Shown here: piece after piece, positions 1 through 10,390 of the stretch
Numbering within the stretch: the first letter of the stretch is position 1
Layout of the letters: each line of letters begins with the position of its first letter
DNA from: Candidatus Bathyarchaeum tardum
Lineage (GTDB): Archaea > Thermoproteota > Bathyarchaeia > Bathyarchaeales > Bathyarchaeaceae
Length of the DNA stretch: 64,000 bases
Assembly: GCA_024650005.2 (NCBI GenBank)
Contig: CP122380.1
Location: 1,120,001 to 1,184,000 of the forward strand
Direction of reading: 5' to 3'
Translations under genes and position numbers: made by a program
The notes under the pieces: generated by a model
The model's input: only the letters and a program-made list of their open reading frames with translations
What the model was told of the DNA's origin: nothing
The model's database searches: none

Positions 1-1
1 T

Positions 2-1093
2 GCTGCAGCCGCTGGAGGTGTAACTTCTGTAATCGATATGCCTAACAACAACCCTGTTACAATGGATTCTTTTTCCCTTAAACAGCGAATGAAATTAGCA
101 GAAAACCAATTACTAGTAAACGTTGGTTTCAATTCAGCTTTTCCTAAAGACATTAATGAAATACCGAAAATTGTTGAAATGGGGGGCAAAGGCTTCAAAG
201 TCTATTTAGCTGGAAAAATAGGAGGCGTTAACGTTGATGATGATCAGTCGTTAGTTAATGCTTTTCAGGTAGCTTCAGAAAACGGTGCTCTAATTTTGAT
301 TCATGCAGAAGATCGTGAAATAATTCAAACCAAAAAAAAGGAATTTGAAGTTTCAGGGCAATCGAATTTGATGTCTTATGTTAAATCCCATTCTCCATTG
401 GCTGAAGCGAAATCAATACGACGCATTGTTTCGATAATAAAAAGATTTGATATCTCTGTTCATTTTTGTCATGTAAGTTCCAGGTTAGGTCTTGATGTAA
501 TTCTGGACGCAAAGAAAGCAGGATTGCCCGTAACTTGTGAAGTCACTCCTCATAATTTGTTTCTTTCTGATGAACAATATGCTGTTTTTGGCAGTCTTGC
601 CCTCACGGATCCTCCTTTGCGACAACAAAAGGATGTAGCAAGCTTACAGACTGCTGTTAAGCATGGTTTAGTTGATATAATTGCTTCGGATCATGCCCCT
701 CATGCTTTTACTGAAAAAAAAGCAGATTCGATATGGCAAGTTCCACCTGGTGTACCTGGACTAGAGACTACTTTGGTGCTTTTATTAAATAGGATAAACC
801 AAGGACAACTGTCTTTTGCTGAACTTGTTAGATGTACAGCTCAACGGCCTGCAGTAATATTTCGATTGTCTAACCGGGGTAACATAAAGGAAGGAAATTG
901 GGCGGACCTTGTAGTAGTCGACATGAAAATGAAACATAAAATTGATTCTTCTTTGTTTTTTTCAAAAGCAAAATATTCTCCTTTTGATGATCTCCAAGTT
1001 AAAGGCAAGCCTACAAAAACTTTTGTAAATGGAATTTTAGTTATGGATGACGGACAAATAGTTACGAAAGTTCATCCTGGAAAGCTGTTATAA
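2..1093 (+). CDS. pyrC: Dihydroorotase / cyclic amidohydrolase (5'-truncated by window edge)
   Basis: Frame is open from base 2 (AAAAGGVTSVIDMPN). HAED, HFCHVS, CEVTPH, PPLR, ASDHAPH, GVPGLET and ADLV motifs of type I dihydroorotases. Confidence 0.88.
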   Translation, partial: AAAAGGVTSVIDMPNNNPVTMDSFSLKQRMKLAENQLLVNVGFNSAFPKDINEIPKIVEMGGKGFKVYLAGKIGGVNVDDDQSLVNAFQVASENGALILIHAEDREIIQTKKKEFEVSGQSNLMSYVKSHSPLAEAKSIRRIVSIIKRFDISVHFCHVSSRLGLDVILDAKKAGLPVTCEVTPHNLFLSDEQYAVFGSLALTDPPLRQQKDVASLQTAVKHGLVDIIASDHAPHAFTEKKADSIWQVPPGVPGLETTLVLLLNRINQGQLSFAELVRCTAQRPAVIFRLSNRGNIKEGNWADLVVVDMKMKHKIDSSLFFSKAKYSPFDDLQVKGKPTKTFVNGILVMDDGQIVTKVHPGKLL

Positions 1094-1325
1094 CCCTATT
1101 TTTTGAGTTAGTTTTTATAGAATTATCTTCTATTTTTTTGCTCTATAAAATGGTTTCCTGATTGTTTATATATTTACTCCGAGTTATTCAATTTAACGTA
1201 AAAACCAGTGAAATGTGATCCTTGTCTGCTCCAATCAGGAGAGATTTCCGAGGATACGACATCTTTCCTGTTTTGAATTCTTGGTTATTTTTTTATTAAT
1301 TAATTTTGTGAGTTTGTGTGCCAAA

Positions 1326-1700
1326 ATGGGTAAACATAGAAGCCGTTTAAGAATAGTAGCAAAAATTCTTTCTGTAGTTGATTCTAACAACGGGGCAAAG
1401 AAAACCCAAATAATGTACCAAGCTTACTTAAGTTACAGTCTACTAGTTCAATACTTAAATGACGTAACTGAATCTGGATTAATTATTTGTGGAAAAAAGA
1501 ATTGTTACGAAATTACTCCCAAAGGGAAAAAATTTTTAACAAAGTTTAATGAATATGCCAAATCCCAAGCAAATGTTACACAGCAATTAAACTACATTGA
1601 ACATCAAAGGAAGTCATTAGAAAAAATGTGCCCTAACACTGAATTATCAACTGGTAACGATTCCCCTTTACTAAAAGTTGTCAAACAAGAGGCAAAATAG
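1326..1700 (+). CDS. Archaeal winged-helix transcriptional regulator (HTH_45/ArnR1-like)
   Basis: MGKHRSRLRIVAKIL...GAKKTQIMYQAYLSY...YL...GLI...YEITPKG is a typical archaeal wHTH. ATG 1326 is preferred over the track's GTG 1215. Confidence 0.8.
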   Translation: MGKHRSRLRIVAKILSVVDSNNGAKKTQIMYQAYLSYSLLVQYLNDVTESGLIICGKKNCYEITPKGKKFLTKFNEYAKSQANVTQQLNYIEHQRKSLEKMCPNTELSTGNDSPLLKVVKQEAK

Positions 1701-1712
1701 GAGTTAACATAA

Positions 1713-2306
1713 ATGGTTTCTAAATCAAAAATTCTAATAGTTTCAATTTTAATAATTAGCGTAACCCTAGTTTGGTTAATTGCACCCTTTCTAAGCAATC
1801 TATTCGCTACAAGTAATGAACCTTTTTCTGAACTCTGGCTCTTAGGTCCTGAACGTACCGCAGAAAATTATCCACATGATATTACTTCGAATCAAGAATA
1901 CACTGTTTATTTAGGTGCTAGCAACCAATTAAATGAAGATGCAGAGTATTCTATCCATGTTAAATTGAGTGATGGCATTAAACAGCTCCTCAATTCAACT
2001 GCCGCTGAATATAGTTTATTGCCTTCTATTCGCGCTTTTGATTTTAGTCTTTCTGATGAAGAAACTTGGGAAACCAGATTTGTTTTTGCTTTAGATTATA
2101 GCCTGATTCAGGAAAACCTTACTCGAATTGAAAATATAAAAATTAATGGGGCAACTTTTTCAGTCAATCAAAACATACTTTTGGATCCCCGTCTAGATTC
2201 ATTTTATATAATTTTGGTTTTTGAGCTCTGGTCTAACAATGGAACAGATAATACACTTCAGTATACTAACCAACATCTTCAACTATTTTTAAAATTGGAT
2301 AGTTGA
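1713..2306 (+). CDS. DUF1616-family membrane-anchored protein
   Basis: N-terminal TM helix, EPFSELWLLGP..AENYP motif, C-terminal LVFELW...HLQLFL. Confidence 0.72.
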   Translation: MVSKSKILIVSILIISVTLVWLIAPFLSNLFATSNEPFSELWLLGPERTAENYPHDITSNQEYTVYLGASNQLNEDAEYSIHVKLSDGIKQLLNSTAAEYSLLPSIRAFDFSLSDEETWETRFVFALDYSLIQENLTRIENIKINGATFSVNQNILLDPRLDSFYIILVFELWSNNGTDNTLQYTNQHLQLFLKLDS

Positions 2307-2387
2307 TTATGTTGTTTTTTCTAATTATGCATTTGAAAATATTTTTTGAGATAAAATTATTCGATTAAGTTCCGAGCAACAGTTTGG

Positions 2388-3398
2388 GTGGTTTATTTGC
2401 AGACAAGAAAATTGAAAGTTGGTGTTGTTGGATTAGGTAAAATGGGGCTGCTTCATGCAAGTATATTGAACACTTTGCCCAATGTTGAGCTTACTGCATT
2501 ATGTGAGAAAAGTACCCTTATTCGGAAAATGTGTAAAAAATTATTCAAGGACCTTCACGTAGTGGCAGATATCGAGAATCTTTCTGATTTAGGTTTGGAC
2601 GTCGTTTATGTAACAACTCCTATTCCATCCCATTTTGTTGTTACTAAAAACATCTACTCAAACAAAATTGCGCAAAATGTGTTTATTGAAAAACCTCTTG
2701 CCAAGAATTATGATGAATCAAGCAATTTGTGTAAGTTAGCAAAATCTTTTGGGGGTTTCAACATGGTCGGTTACATGAAAAGGTTTGCTGTTACTTTCAG
2801 GAAAGCTAAAGACTTGTTGGACAACCAGATATTGGGCGATTTAGCTAGTTTTGATGCTTATGCTTATTCTTCTGATTTTTTTGGAACTGACAAAAATTCG
2901 AAAGCTTGTACAGCTAGGGGAGGTGTTTTGAGGGATTTAGGTGCCCATGTTATTGATCTTTCACTTTGGTTCTTTGGGGACTTAGAAGTTGTTTATTCTA
3001 AACCTGAGCAATCTAGTGATTTTTGTTCAGATACCCCTTTAATGTTTAACGTTAAACGTTCTGATGGTTTAGAAGGGCAATTCAATGTTTCATGGTTTAA
3101 ACCAAATTATAGAATGCCTGAATTCGGTCTACATATCACGGGTTCTGATGGCATTATGTCTGTAAATGATGACCAAGTCCAGCTAAAGTTACAAAATAAT
3201 GAACCTGTAAGCTGGTATCGTCATGATCTAAAAGATAATGTAGGTTTTCAGTTAGGTGGGCCTGAATACTACCGTGAAGATGAATATTTTGTTAAATCAC
3301 TATTAGATGCTCGTAAGGTAACACCGGATTTTCATGATGCCGCTAAAGTTGATTACATTATTGACCGTGTAAAATTTGGAGATGAAATTAATGACTAA
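2388..3398 (+). CDS. Gfo/Idh/MocA family oxidoreductase
   Basis: GVVGLGKMG Rossmann motif, IEKPLA, GGVLRDLGAH. Confidence 0.88.
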   Translation: MVYLQTRKLKVGVVGLGKMGLLHASILNTLPNVELTALCEKSTLIRKMCKKLFKDLHVVADIENLSDLGLDVVYVTTPIPSHFVVTKNIYSNKIAQNVFIEKPLAKNYDESSNLCKLAKSFGGFNMVGYMKRFAVTFRKAKDLLDNQILGDLASFDAYAYSSDFFGTDKNSKACTARGGVLRDLGAHVIDLSLWFFGDLEVVYSKPEQSSDFCSDTPLMFNVKRSDGLEGQFNVSWFKPNYRMPEFGLHITGSDGIMSVNDDQVQLKLQNNEPVSWYRHDLKDNVGFQLGGPEYYREDEYFVKSLLDARKVTPDFHDAAKVDYIIDRVKFGDEIND

Positions 3399-4308
3399 CA
3401 GCCGAAAAAGATTGTTTTTGGTTGGAGATAATGCATTTCATGGAATTAGTCATCTTTCTCAGGATAATGCTAGAAGTAGGGGCAATTCAATTAACTCTCC
3501 CGAGTTCGCTGCTGACCTAGTTATGACTTCTCTTGAGAATGAAGCCAATGGTTTCATGTTTTCGGTAAGTGAGACAACTCTTACAATACTTAAGATAATA
3601 CATGAAAAAGACCCTGAAAGCCGTCCAGAACTTTACGCTCTTGTACCTTACGCTTTTGAGTATGTTCGACAAGCAACTCAGATAGGAATTTCTGGTTTAG
3701 CAAAAAATTTTACAAAACAGATAGCTCGTTCAGGAAATATTGGAGCAACTGCAATGGGGTTAAAAGGTGTTCTTCGCATGGATCCGGTAACTCTTTTAAA
3801 AACTTATGTTTTGTATGAAATTTCTCGGATAAAATCTGCAGCAGGTAAACAGGCTAACATTGCATCAATCGTGCTTCATGAACTAATAACCGATATTGGG
3901 CTTGCTTTAAGTTTAGATTGGCTCTTCAAGTCATTTATCGAATTCATGGTTAACCAAGGGATAAAGCCTGGATTTAACACTAGGAATTTTGCCTATCTCG
4001 TAAAAAAGTTTGATGAATGGAACATAAATTTCAATGATGTAATAATTGCTGCACCATTCAATAAAGTAGGTTTCCAAATGGATCCCTCTAAAGATGAGTG
4101 CGAAAGAGCCTTAGCCTCGGTTGATAATGGTAATGTGATAGCAATCAGCATTTTGGCAGCGGGATACCTCGCTCCTCTGGATGCGATAGAATATGTTCAG
4201 AGTTTGCCTAACATACTCGGTGTGGCGGTTGGTGTATCAAAAGAAAAACATGCGTTTGAAACATTTAACTTTTTTAAAAAAAATTTGACTCAAAACCGTT
4301 TTTTTTAA
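3391..4308 (+). CDS. Conserved hypothetical protein of archaeal glycosylation loci (possible TIM-barrel/aldo-keto-reductase-like)
   Basis: Long ORF overlapping the upstream stop (ATG 3391). GDNAFHGISHLSQ and PFNKVGFQMDP segments. The fold is inference only. Confidence 0.6.
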   Translation: MTNSRKRLFLVGDNAFHGISHLSQDNARSRGNSINSPEFAADLVMTSLENEANGFMFSVSETTLTILKIIHEKDPESRPELYALVPYAFEYVRQATQIGISGLAKNFTKQIARSGNIGATAMGLKGVLRMDPVTLLKTYVLYEISRIKSAAGKQANIASIVLHELITDIGLALSLDWLFKSFIEFMVNQGIKPGFNTRNFAYLVKKFDEWNINFNDVIIAAPFNKVGFQMDPSKDECERALASVDNGNVIAISILAAGYLAPLDAIEYVQSLPNILGVAVGVSKEKHAFETFNFFKKNLTQNRFF

Positions 4309-4339
4309 AAATGTTTTATTTTGTAAATAATTTTTCTAT

Positions 4340-5545
4340 GTGTTAAAAGTTACGGATATATTTTCATATGGTTGGTTGAATTTGGTCTTATTTTTATGGT
4401 TATTTTTAGCTTTGATTTTTGTAGGTATTCCAACTGCCTACCACCAATACATGAAACATCAAGCTGCTAAACCTTGGTTGTTGAACATTGACACGAATTA
4501 TCGACCCTCAGTAAGCATAATCGTCCCTATGAGCAATGAAGAGAAAACAGTTAAATTGAAATTAAAAAACTTGTTCAACGTTAATTATCCTGTTGAAAAA
4601 GTCCAAATTATCATCGTTAATGATGGTTCAACAGATTCTACCTTAGATAAAGTTCACGACTTTGTGAATTCAAATCACAGGTTTGATACTCGAATATTTT
4701 CGAACGATCAGCGAATCGGAAAGTGTAATTCTATGAATCACGTGCTAAAACATACAACCGGTGAAATTATCGTTGTATCTGATGCCGATTGCTTCTTGGA
4801 TTCAGAAATTCTTGTTAATGCCCTTCCATATCTTTCTGACCCCAATGTTGCTGCAATAGCCGGAAAAGAAAGACTTCTTAATTTTAAACACACTTGGATA
4901 ACTAGGGGCGAATTAGTTTACAATGATTTTGTTCAAACTCTAAGAGTTGGAGAATCAAAAACTGGGTCAACAATTTTTTTTCAAGGTGGCTTTTCAGCTT
5001 ATAAAAAGTCCTGCCTTGAGGAATTCAATAATGAAACCGATGACTCTGGAACAGCATTAGACCTTGTCCAAAAAGGAAAAAGAGCAATTCTGCTTAGTGA
5101 TGCTGTTTTTTACACAACTTTTCCCACTCAATGGAAAAGCAAAGTTGATATAAAAATACGAAGAGCGAATCAGTTGCAAAAAATCTGGATGAAGTGCTTA
5201 AAATTATTTTTTCAAAGAAAACTAAAGCTTCCGAGAAGTGTTTTTGTTCCTGAAATTTACTTGCACCTTTTTGCTCCCCTTGTATTTGTAATGTTTATTT
5301 TAGTTTCTTGCATTCTTGTCATTAATATCCCCCTTCTGTTACCATTTTTTGTATTTTTTTTATTAGCTGTGGTTGTGGCTCCAAAAACTCGTTTCTTGCT
5401 AGTCGAAATGCTTCAAAATAATTTAATTCTTTTAGTTTCAATGCTTTTGCTTTTTTCCAAAGGTAAATTCAAAATCTGGAAAACTTCTGATGATTCACGT
5501 TCGCTTCTAACTGAAGAGATGCTTCATAAAAAGAATTTGATATGA
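4340..5545 (+). CDS. GT2 glycosyltransferase with N- and C-terminal TM helices (CesA/IcaA-like)
   Basis: PSVSIIVP..NEE, VNDGSTD, SDAD (DxD), TDD, and an RRANQ segment at the QxxRW position. Confidence 0.85.
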   Translation: MLKVTDIFSYGWLNLVLFLWLFLALIFVGIPTAYHQYMKHQAAKPWLLNIDTNYRPSVSIIVPMSNEEKTVKLKLKNLFNVNYPVEKVQIIIVNDGSTDSTLDKVHDFVNSNHRFDTRIFSNDQRIGKCNSMNHVLKHTTGEIIVVSDADCFLDSEILVNALPYLSDPNVAAIAGKERLLNFKHTWITRGELVYNDFVQTLRVGESKTGSTIFFQGGFSAYKKSCLEEFNNETDDSGTALDLVQKGKRAILLSDAVFYTTFPTQWKSKVDIKIRRANQLQKIWMKCLKLFFQRKLKLPRSVFVPEIYLHLFAPLVFVMFILVSCILVINIPLLLPFFVFFLLAVVVAPKTRFLLVEMLQNNLILLVSMLLLFSKGKFKIWKTSDDSRSLLTEEMLHKKNLI

Positions 5546-5596
5546 TATTGTGTGCTCTGTAATGTCCAAGAATTGTGTTATTAGTTGGTGTAACAT

Positions 5597-6484
5597 GTGA
5601 CCAAACCTTTTGTTACTATCGGTGTTTGTGTAAAAAATGGAATGCCCACTCTGTCTGAGGCAATTGATAGTATAATTCATCAAGATTATCCTCATGAGTT
5701 TATGGAAGTAATTTTTGTTGATGATGGTAGTGAAGATGAAACTCTTAGCTTAATCAATAATTATGCTCCAAAGATGGGAATAAAAACAAAAATATTTCAT
5801 CATGACTGGAAAGGGCTCGGTTACACCCGTAATATTGTAGTAAAAAACAGTGAAGGGGATTTTATTATTTGGGTTGACGCTGATATGTTTTTACCAAAAA
5901 ACTATGTTAGTAAACTTGTTGAGTTCATAATTAATCACCCTATGGTCGCTATCGTAAAAGGTAAACAAGCTTTAGCTTCTGGAAAAAATCTTCTTGGGAC
6001 CCTAGAAGTATATTCTCGTGCCGCCAGTAGAATGGTAGATTATACATCAGAAGCTGCTAAATTCAAATCTCTGGGAACTGGCGGTGCAATATACCGTGTT
6101 GAAGCATTGCACCAGGCTGGCGGTTTTAATGATCGTATAACTGGATATGGAGAAGATTTTGATTTAGAATATAAAATCAGAAAATTTGGTTGGGGGCTTT
6201 CAACCACTAATGTTCAATTCAGTGACTATGAACGAGGTAATGTATCCCCCAAAGACCTCTGGAACCGATACATGAAACGAGGCTATGATTCGCGAATATT
6301 CGCATCCGAACAGAATAAATTGGTAAGATTTTACACAATGTCTCCTCCTGCAGCTTTTCTTGTTGGACTTTTTCATTCATTTAAAATATACAAAAAAACT
6401 GCAAGAAAAACAGCCTTTTTGTTGCCTTTGCAGTATGTTTTTAAGATGAGTGCTTGGTGTGTGGGTTTCACAAAATCTCGATAA
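5597..6484 (+). CDS. GT2 glycosyltransferase
   Basis: VTIGVCVKNG, FVDDGSED, GLGYTRN, WVDAD, GGF...GED. Confidence 0.88.
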   Translation: MTKPFVTIGVCVKNGMPTLSEAIDSIIHQDYPHEFMEVIFVDDGSEDETLSLINNYAPKMGIKTKIFHHDWKGLGYTRNIVVKNSEGDFIIWVDADMFLPKNYVSKLVEFIINHPMVAIVKGKQALASGKNLLGTLEVYSRAASRMVDYTSEAAKFKSLGTGGAIYRVEALHQAGGFNDRITGYGEDFDLEYKIRKFGWGLSTTNVQFSDYERGNVSPKDLWNRYMKRGYDSRIFASEQNKLVRFYTMSPPAAFLVGLFHSFKIYKKTARKTAFLLPLQYVFKMSAWCVGFTKSR

Positions 6485-6564
6485 ACTTCAAAGTATTTGA
6501 CCTGAACTTGGTTTTTATTGCTTTTCTTTCTGGACTATTGAACTTTATTGTGGGGTTGCAATGC

Positions 6565-7473
6565 GTGACAAAATATGTGGTGACTCTAGGTGTATGTGTA
6601 AAAAATGGTGAATATCATATTAGCAATGCAATAGATGCTATTATGGCACAAGATTTTTCGCATAATTTGATCCAAATCATTTTTGTTGATGACGGTAGTA
6701 CGGATAGAACGCTTTCAATTATTGAGAACTCTGTTTCAAAGTTAGATATGCATGTTAAGATTTTTCATCACTCTTGGAAGGGGTTAGGTTACTCTAGAAA
6801 TGTAGTTTTTGAAAATGCTGATGCTGATTATATCATTTGGGTCGATTGCGATATGGTTCTGTCTCCTACTTTTGTAAGCGAACAGGTTGAATTCATGGAA
6901 CAAAATCATTCTGTAGGTATCGCCAAAGGTAAATATGGTTTATATCCAGACTCTAATTTGGTTGGATTTCTAGAAAACATTGAATTTGTTACGAAAGATT
7001 TGAACATCTCAGAATCTGTTAATGTTTCTCTAGGGACTGGGGGCGCAATTTATCGCGTTAAGTCACTTCAAGAGGTTGGAGGCTTTGATTCAAATATTAG
7101 AGGAGCAGGAGAAGATACTGACGTTGAATATAGGATTAGCAAAGCAGGGTGGTTATTGTTTCGAACCCCTGCTATTTTCTACGAAATGAGACGAAAAACT
7201 TGGAAAGCCCTTTGGGATGAATATTTTAGGTATGGTTATGATGGGAATTATGTCGCGAACAAAAATGGACTGCAAGCATTAACTAGCTTAGACAAAGTGT
7301 TTCCATTAACTGCATTTTTGAACAAAAATTTCCAATCTTTTGTGGCTTACAAATTAACTCACCAAAAAGCCGTATTTTTGTTACCCTTTCATTATTTTTT
7401 TAAGAGAACTGCATGGTGTCTTGGTTTCATTATTCGTCATATAACAAATAACAATGTTGTCAGAAATGTATGA
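6565..7473 (+). CDS. GT2 glycosyltransferase (paralog of the upstream gene)
   Basis: GTG 6565 after a GGGGTTG RBS. Same motifs as 5597..6484. The track's 6454 start is over-extended. Confidence 0.86.
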   Translation: MTKYVVTLGVCVKNGEYHISNAIDAIMAQDFSHNLIQIIFVDDGSTDRTLSIIENSVSKLDMHVKIFHHSWKGLGYSRNVVFENADADYIIWVDCDMVLSPTFVSEQVEFMEQNHSVGIAKGKYGLYPDSNLVGFLENIEFVTKDLNISESVNVSLGTGGAIYRVKSLQEVGGFDSNIRGAGEDTDVEYRISKAGWLLFRTPAIFYEMRRKTWKALWDEYFRYGYDGNYVANKNGLQALTSLDKVFPLTAFLNKNFQSFVAYKLTHQKAVFLLPFHYFFKRTAWCLGFIIRHITNNNVVRNV

Positions 7474-7524
7474 TTATCTGTTTTCATAATAATGTTTATT
7501 TGACTTTAATTCACATTCACAGGG

Positions 7525-8589
7525 ATGAAAAACATGAAAGTTGGAATAATAGGTTGTGGAGGCATTTCTCCCGCCCATATGGCAGCATATAAAAATATAG
7601 AAAATGTTGAACTTGTTGCTCTTTGTGACTTAGATGCTCAAAGAGCTAAGACTCTAGCAAAAAAATTCAATGTTAAAAACACGTATACCGACTATTGGGA
7701 AATGTTCAAAAAAGAGGATTTGGACTCTGTTGACATTTGCACTCCCCTAACAACTCATGCAAAAATAGTTTGTGATGCAGCAGAAGCGGTTCCCGCAATT
7801 CTTTTAGAGAAACCGATGGCACTTAATGTTTCTCAATGTAAGGAAATGGTAAAAAAGACCGAAAAAACTGGAACAAAACTTTCTATAGCTCATTGCCAAA
7901 TCTTTTCACCGAATATTAAAAAAGCAAAGTCTATTGCAGACTCCGAACTATTCAATTTACTAACATTCCATACTACTCTTAAAGCAAGCTTTGAAAACCT
8001 AAGAGCACATAATCTTGCCTCTCCATGGAATGTTTTACCTGAGCAAAGAGGAATCATCTGGGAAGTGTGTAGTCACCATGCCTATCTGCAGTTACATTTT
8101 CTGCCTGATATCAAAGAAGTTTATGCTCTTGGTGAAAAGGCTAAATATTCTGTTTATGATGATTTCGCGGTCCTATTGCGCACTTCCGGAAAACGTTATG
8201 GAATGATTGAGATTTCTTGGATTCCTAATGAAACTGAAGTAATTTACGAATTGAAAGATTCCGCTGGGCGAAGAGTAACAATAAATTGGGAATACGATTA
8301 CTTGCTGGAAAAAAATCTATCACCTCCATTAACCGTTGGACTTGTAGCAAAAAATGTATTAGTGGATTTCAAACGATATTTAAAAAAGTGGACACGTTTT
8401 GGGCTTTCATACATTCAAAAAAGAAAAATGTTGCCTATACAAAATGTTGTTAAAGAGTATGTAAACGCCATTCAAAATGATTTACCCGTTCCTGTTACGC
8501 CTCAAGATGGAATGAATACAATCAATCTGTTAGAATGTATTGAAACATCGTTGAATGAAAAACGTTCAGTACATTTTACTAAGAATTAA
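7525..8589 (+). CDS. Gfo/Idh/MocA family oxidoreductase
   Basis: GIIGCGGIS, ICTP..H, LEKPMA. Confidence 0.85.
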   Translation: MKNMKVGIIGCGGISPAHMAAYKNIENVELVALCDLDAQRAKTLAKKFNVKNTYTDYWEMFKKEDLDSVDICTPLTTHAKIVCDAAEAVPAILLEKPMALNVSQCKEMVKKTEKTGTKLSIAHCQIFSPNIKKAKSIADSELFNLLTFHTTLKASFENLRAHNLASPWNVLPEQRGIIWEVCSHHAYLQLHFLPDIKEVYALGEKAKYSVYDDFAVLLRTSGKRYGMIEISWIPNETEVIYELKDSAGRRVTINWEYDYLLEKNLSPPLTVGLVAKNVLVDFKRYLKKWTRFGLSYIQKRKMLPIQNVVKEYVNAIQNDLPVPVTPQDGMNTINLLECIETSLNEKRSVHFTKN

Positions 8590-8664
8590 AGTATGTGTCA
8601 TAATAGAATTGTTTTCGGTATATTACAAAATTCAGGATACACTATTTCTTTTTGTCTAATTTTA

Positions 8665-9960
8665 TTATTCTATGGTCAGCGGATGAGGATACTGATATGG
8701 CGTATAAGTGAATGAAGAAGGTTCATTAAAATGATAATTTTTCCCTTCAATAATTTGGTTGTATGGGTCATATTTTGTAAACAAATTTGCTCCATTGGTT
8801 AATGTATTGTTCCAAATATACCAGTCGTTACACCAGACAAACGAGGCATCAGGGTTAGCGTTCGCGTCATTTCTCAAATACATAAGAACAGTGTAAGTTC
8901 CACCACCAAAAGTGTTATTAAAAGCAACTCCAGCACCACCTCGAATAGCTGTGCCCCACGGATGCTGAACCGCATTAGTTATTGTGTTGCCATATATTTC
9001 AACTGCTCTTGTTCCAACTTGTGTGATTGTTCCTCTTGACTCTTGATACCATCCATGTGCATCTATTGAACCATAACCATAATCATCTTGAATAGTGGAA
9101 TGTCTAAGAACATAGTGTGCTCCATCGTTTGAACTTACAACATGTCTCCATTTTTCGAAATAGCAATCTTCTATGTATACGCTATATTCCGTGTGTTTTC
9201 CAAGAACTTGAGTAACATCTTCCTCCCAATAATATCCCCAATCCCTACCAACTTGTATAGCATACCCGACCGTGCACTCAGCTATGGCGTCAACAACTAA
9301 ACCATTTGTGTTTACAAAATAATTATGATCAAAAACCCCTGAATTTTTGGCGGTATTGCTGCCAAATGTGTAGACACCACTAGGGGTGTTTTCAAAGTAA
9401 CAGTGATCAATCCTGTAATCTACACAATCAATTATCATTAAAGGACGATTAAGTTGAACCGAACTTGAATCAACACTTCTGTATCCTACTAGCTTTATGT
9501 CACTAAAACGGGACTTCATGTTTCCATTGCCCTCTCCTGTAAGTTTGAACCAAGTAGGAATATTGCTATAACTTCCTGGCATATCCCACGGCAAAACGAG
9601 AATTGTTTTCCAGCTTATGTTTTGCCCGTCTGAATTTCGATTATTTGGAGCACCAAAAATGCTAACACCTTCTGGAACTTCAACTTTTGCTCCTGTCCAG
9701 CTTTCACCTACTTCTACGAAATTCCAAGTTCCTTCTGGAATGTAAACAGAGCCTACTCTACCATTAGCTACAATATAATTTACTGCTGCTTGAATGTCTG
9801 AAGCTGAACCACTTTCAGCCATTATTGTAGGTAATCTAATTTGACCCATGCTTTGTATTGTTATACTGCTTGTTAATGATGAGAATACAGGGTATGTCAG
9901 AAGAGTAATTGAAAGTAAAATAAAAAAGATATTTATTGCGTAAACGTTTTTTCGTTGCAA
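8665..9960 (-). CDS. Secreted/anchored right-handed beta-helix (pectin-lyase-like) protein
   Basis: GGTGA RBS before TTG, signal/TM helix, DIQAAVN...VYIPEGT beta-helix cap, repeated RIDHCYF/VFDHNYF/IEDCYF coils, C-terminal YTPYQYPHPL. Confidence 0.75.
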   Translation of the reverse strand: MQRKNVYAINIFFILLSITLLTYPVFSSLTSSITIQSMGQIRLPTIMAESGSASDIQAAVNYIVANGRVGSVYIPEGTWNFVEVGESWTGAKVEVPEGVSIFGAPNNRNSDGQNISWKTILVLPWDMPGSYSNIPTWFKLTGEGNGNMKSRFSDIKLVGYRSVDSSSVQLNRPLMIIDCVDYRIDHCYFENTPSGVYTFGSNTAKNSGVFDHNYFVNTNGLVVDAIAECTVGYAIQVGRDWGYYWEEDVTQVLGKHTEYSVYIEDCYFEKWRHVVSSNDGAHYVLRHSTIQDDYGYGSIDAHGWYQESRGTITQVGTRAVEIYGNTITNAVQHPWGTAIRGGAGVAFNNTFGGGTYTVLMYLRNDANANPDASFVWCNDWYIWNNTLTNGANLFTKYDPYNQIIEGKNYHFNEPSSFTYTPYQYPHPLTIE

Positions 9961-10390
9961 TGTCTTTTTCTCACCAATTTTGTATTGTGGGCTTCAGATA
10001 AGTATTCTGTTTATTTGCTCTTTAAGAAAAGATATGTTAAAGACTTAATAAATATTCTGTATTACTAAACCATATGCTTGTAATGTTAATACGTTTGAAT
10101 TTTGCTTCATAGACTCTAAATGTAATTAAATATATAACTAGTTTTGAATCATTCTTTATAGTTAATTTATGCATCAATTGTTTTCAATTATAACAGTTTC
10201 ACACACTACAGAGAGTGTCACCCTTTTTTAGATGGAACACATCAATTGTAACTCCATAATTTTTTTATATATGTTCCCTTTTTCTGAACCTAAGTATGCA
10301 CAGGGATAAATTCCTAAAATTACTTTATTCATCATGTTGTGTTCAAAGAAAAAATATTGCAGTCAAATTAAAAAAAGGAAGTAGAACTGT

